Sequence record: SRR31156797_6672
Direction: 5' to 3' (one strand)
DNA length: 56,722 nt
Made by a program: the position numbers and the translations under genes. Position 1 is the stretch's first letter, and every line of letters starts with the position of its first letter. Shown in pieces: positions 55,826-56,722 of the stretch. The notes beneath the pieces are model-generated. The model did no database searches, was not told where the DNA came from, and saw nothing but the letters and a program-made list of their open reading frames with translations.

Positions 55826-56584
55826 ATGAACAAACCAAAAATCAGTGTTATACTTCCCGTTTTTAACGGTGAGAAAAATGTAAGCCAGGCCATCAACAGT
55901 GTTTTAAATCAAACACTTAAGCCTTATGAAATCATTGTTGTAAATGATGGTTCAGTTGATGGAACTTCGCAAATATTAAAACAATTTGGCGATAAAATTA
56001 CTGGTATAGATCAAGATAATATGGGCCCGAACCGTGCCCGGAATACCGGGATTAAAGCCTCAACCGGAGATTTTATTGCATTTATGGATGATGATGACGA
56101 GATGATGCCAAAGGCTTTGGAACACCATGTTGCCTGCTTTTCAAAATACCAAAATCTTGGTGTTTCACATGGTTACGCCGAAATGAGGCAGTACCAGGCT
56201 TTGCCACCAGATAATGAGGAAATATTTGAATCGAAAACTGTACCCATGTTATTGTTACAGTGTGCATTGTTTAAAAAATCGGTGTTTGATAAGGTAGGTT
56301 TGTTTGATAAGGACTTGTTTTTGGCCAGCGATCTGGATATGTTTTTGCGGGTAAAAGAAGCTGAAATTCCTTTTGCTTTTCACGAGGAAGTGGTGGCAAT
56401 CCACAACAGACATCAGACAAACTCAACCGGAAATAAGGTTAAAGCCCAACTATACCTTTTAAAGGCAATTAAAAAAGCAAAAGAAAGGCGTAAAAATACT
56501 GGTGAAGGTCATAACATCGAAAAAATAACATTGAAAAATGCTGAAGATGCCCGCAATTTTTGGCACACAGCGAAAACAAATTAG
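55826..56584 (+). CDS. Glycosyltransferase family 2
   Basis: KISVILPVFN, VNDGSVD, ARNTG, FMDDDD, VGLFD, ASDLDM, RHQTN. Confidence 0.92.
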   Translation: MNKPKISVILPVFNGEKNVSQAINSVLNQTLKPYEIIVVNDGSVDGTSQILKQFGDKITGIDQDNMGPNRARNTGIKASTGDFIAFMDDDDEMMPKALEHHVACFSKYQNLGVSHGYAEMRQYQALPPDNEEIFESKTVPMLLLQCALFKKSVFDKVGLFDKDLFLASDLDMFLRVKEAEIPFAFHEEVVAIHNRHQTNSTGNKVKAQLYLLKAIKKAKERRKNTGEGHNIEKITLKNAEDARNFWHTAKTN

Positions 56585-56676
56585 CCATGGAAAATTACCC
56601 CTGCTTTGAGCAAATACGTTTGCGTTGTGAATATTTTACTTTTGACACTTATTAACCTGAATTAATCACCGAAGGC

Positions 56677-56719
56677 CGAAAATATTTAAAATAAATATTT
56701 TCGAGGGTTAACCCTCGAA
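56677..56719. repeat. Two overlapping inverted repeats downstream of the cluster
   Basis: CGAAAATATTTA-AAA-TAAATATTTTCG (56677-56703) and the perfect 20-bp palindrome TTCGAGGGTTAACCCTCGAA (56700-56719). Confidence 0.75.
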
Positions 56720-56722
56720 TTT

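Noticed and set aside
49189-56584. Calling the cluster a canonical lasso peptide or PQQ biosynthesis locus
   Set aside because: No asparagine-synthetase-like cyclase, B2 peptidase, PqqB/C/E or radical SAM gene in the cluster; only the tailoring-type genes are present.

Overview
Bacteroidota (Bacteroidales-like) chromosomal window. The assignment rests on recurrent TAnnTTTG -7 promoter motifs, a type IX secretion (T9SS) C-terminal domain and the gene content. Most of it is housekeeping or envelope genes: DUF2723 membrane glycosyltransferase, tgt, tricorn-like S41 protease, GH3-family protein, LysE, recJ, MacB-like permease, purH-mreBCD, TlpA, MltF-like transglycosylase, ltaE, nitroreductase, metallo-beta-lactamase-fold hydrolase, two tandem C69 peptidases, EamA, cardiolipin synthase, Elp3-like radical SAM plus DUF6873, folB and gltX. 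Two regions stand out. (1) 49189-56584 is a six-gene RiPP-like cluster: a PqqD/RRE protein carrying its own lasso-leader-like peptide fused at the C-terminus, an NTP_transf_5 nucleotidyltransferase, an ABC exporter, an HprK-related kinase fused to two GT2 domains, and two more GT2 genes. No lasso cyclase or leader peptidase is visible in the window. It is a candidate phospho-glyco-peptide or peptide-primed glycan system. (2) 19504-32217 encodes a 4237-aa T9SS-secreted protein with 40 Cys-rich ~88-aa repeats that show a hidden 7-domain super-repeat. Smaller observations include an internally deleted YhcG/DUF1016 gene, a decayed NAD-epimerase pseudogene, a ~125-bp MITE-like element, and mreBCD without mrdA/rodA. 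No tRNA, rRNA or CRISPR array was seen. All family calls come from motif recognition by eye, not database searches.
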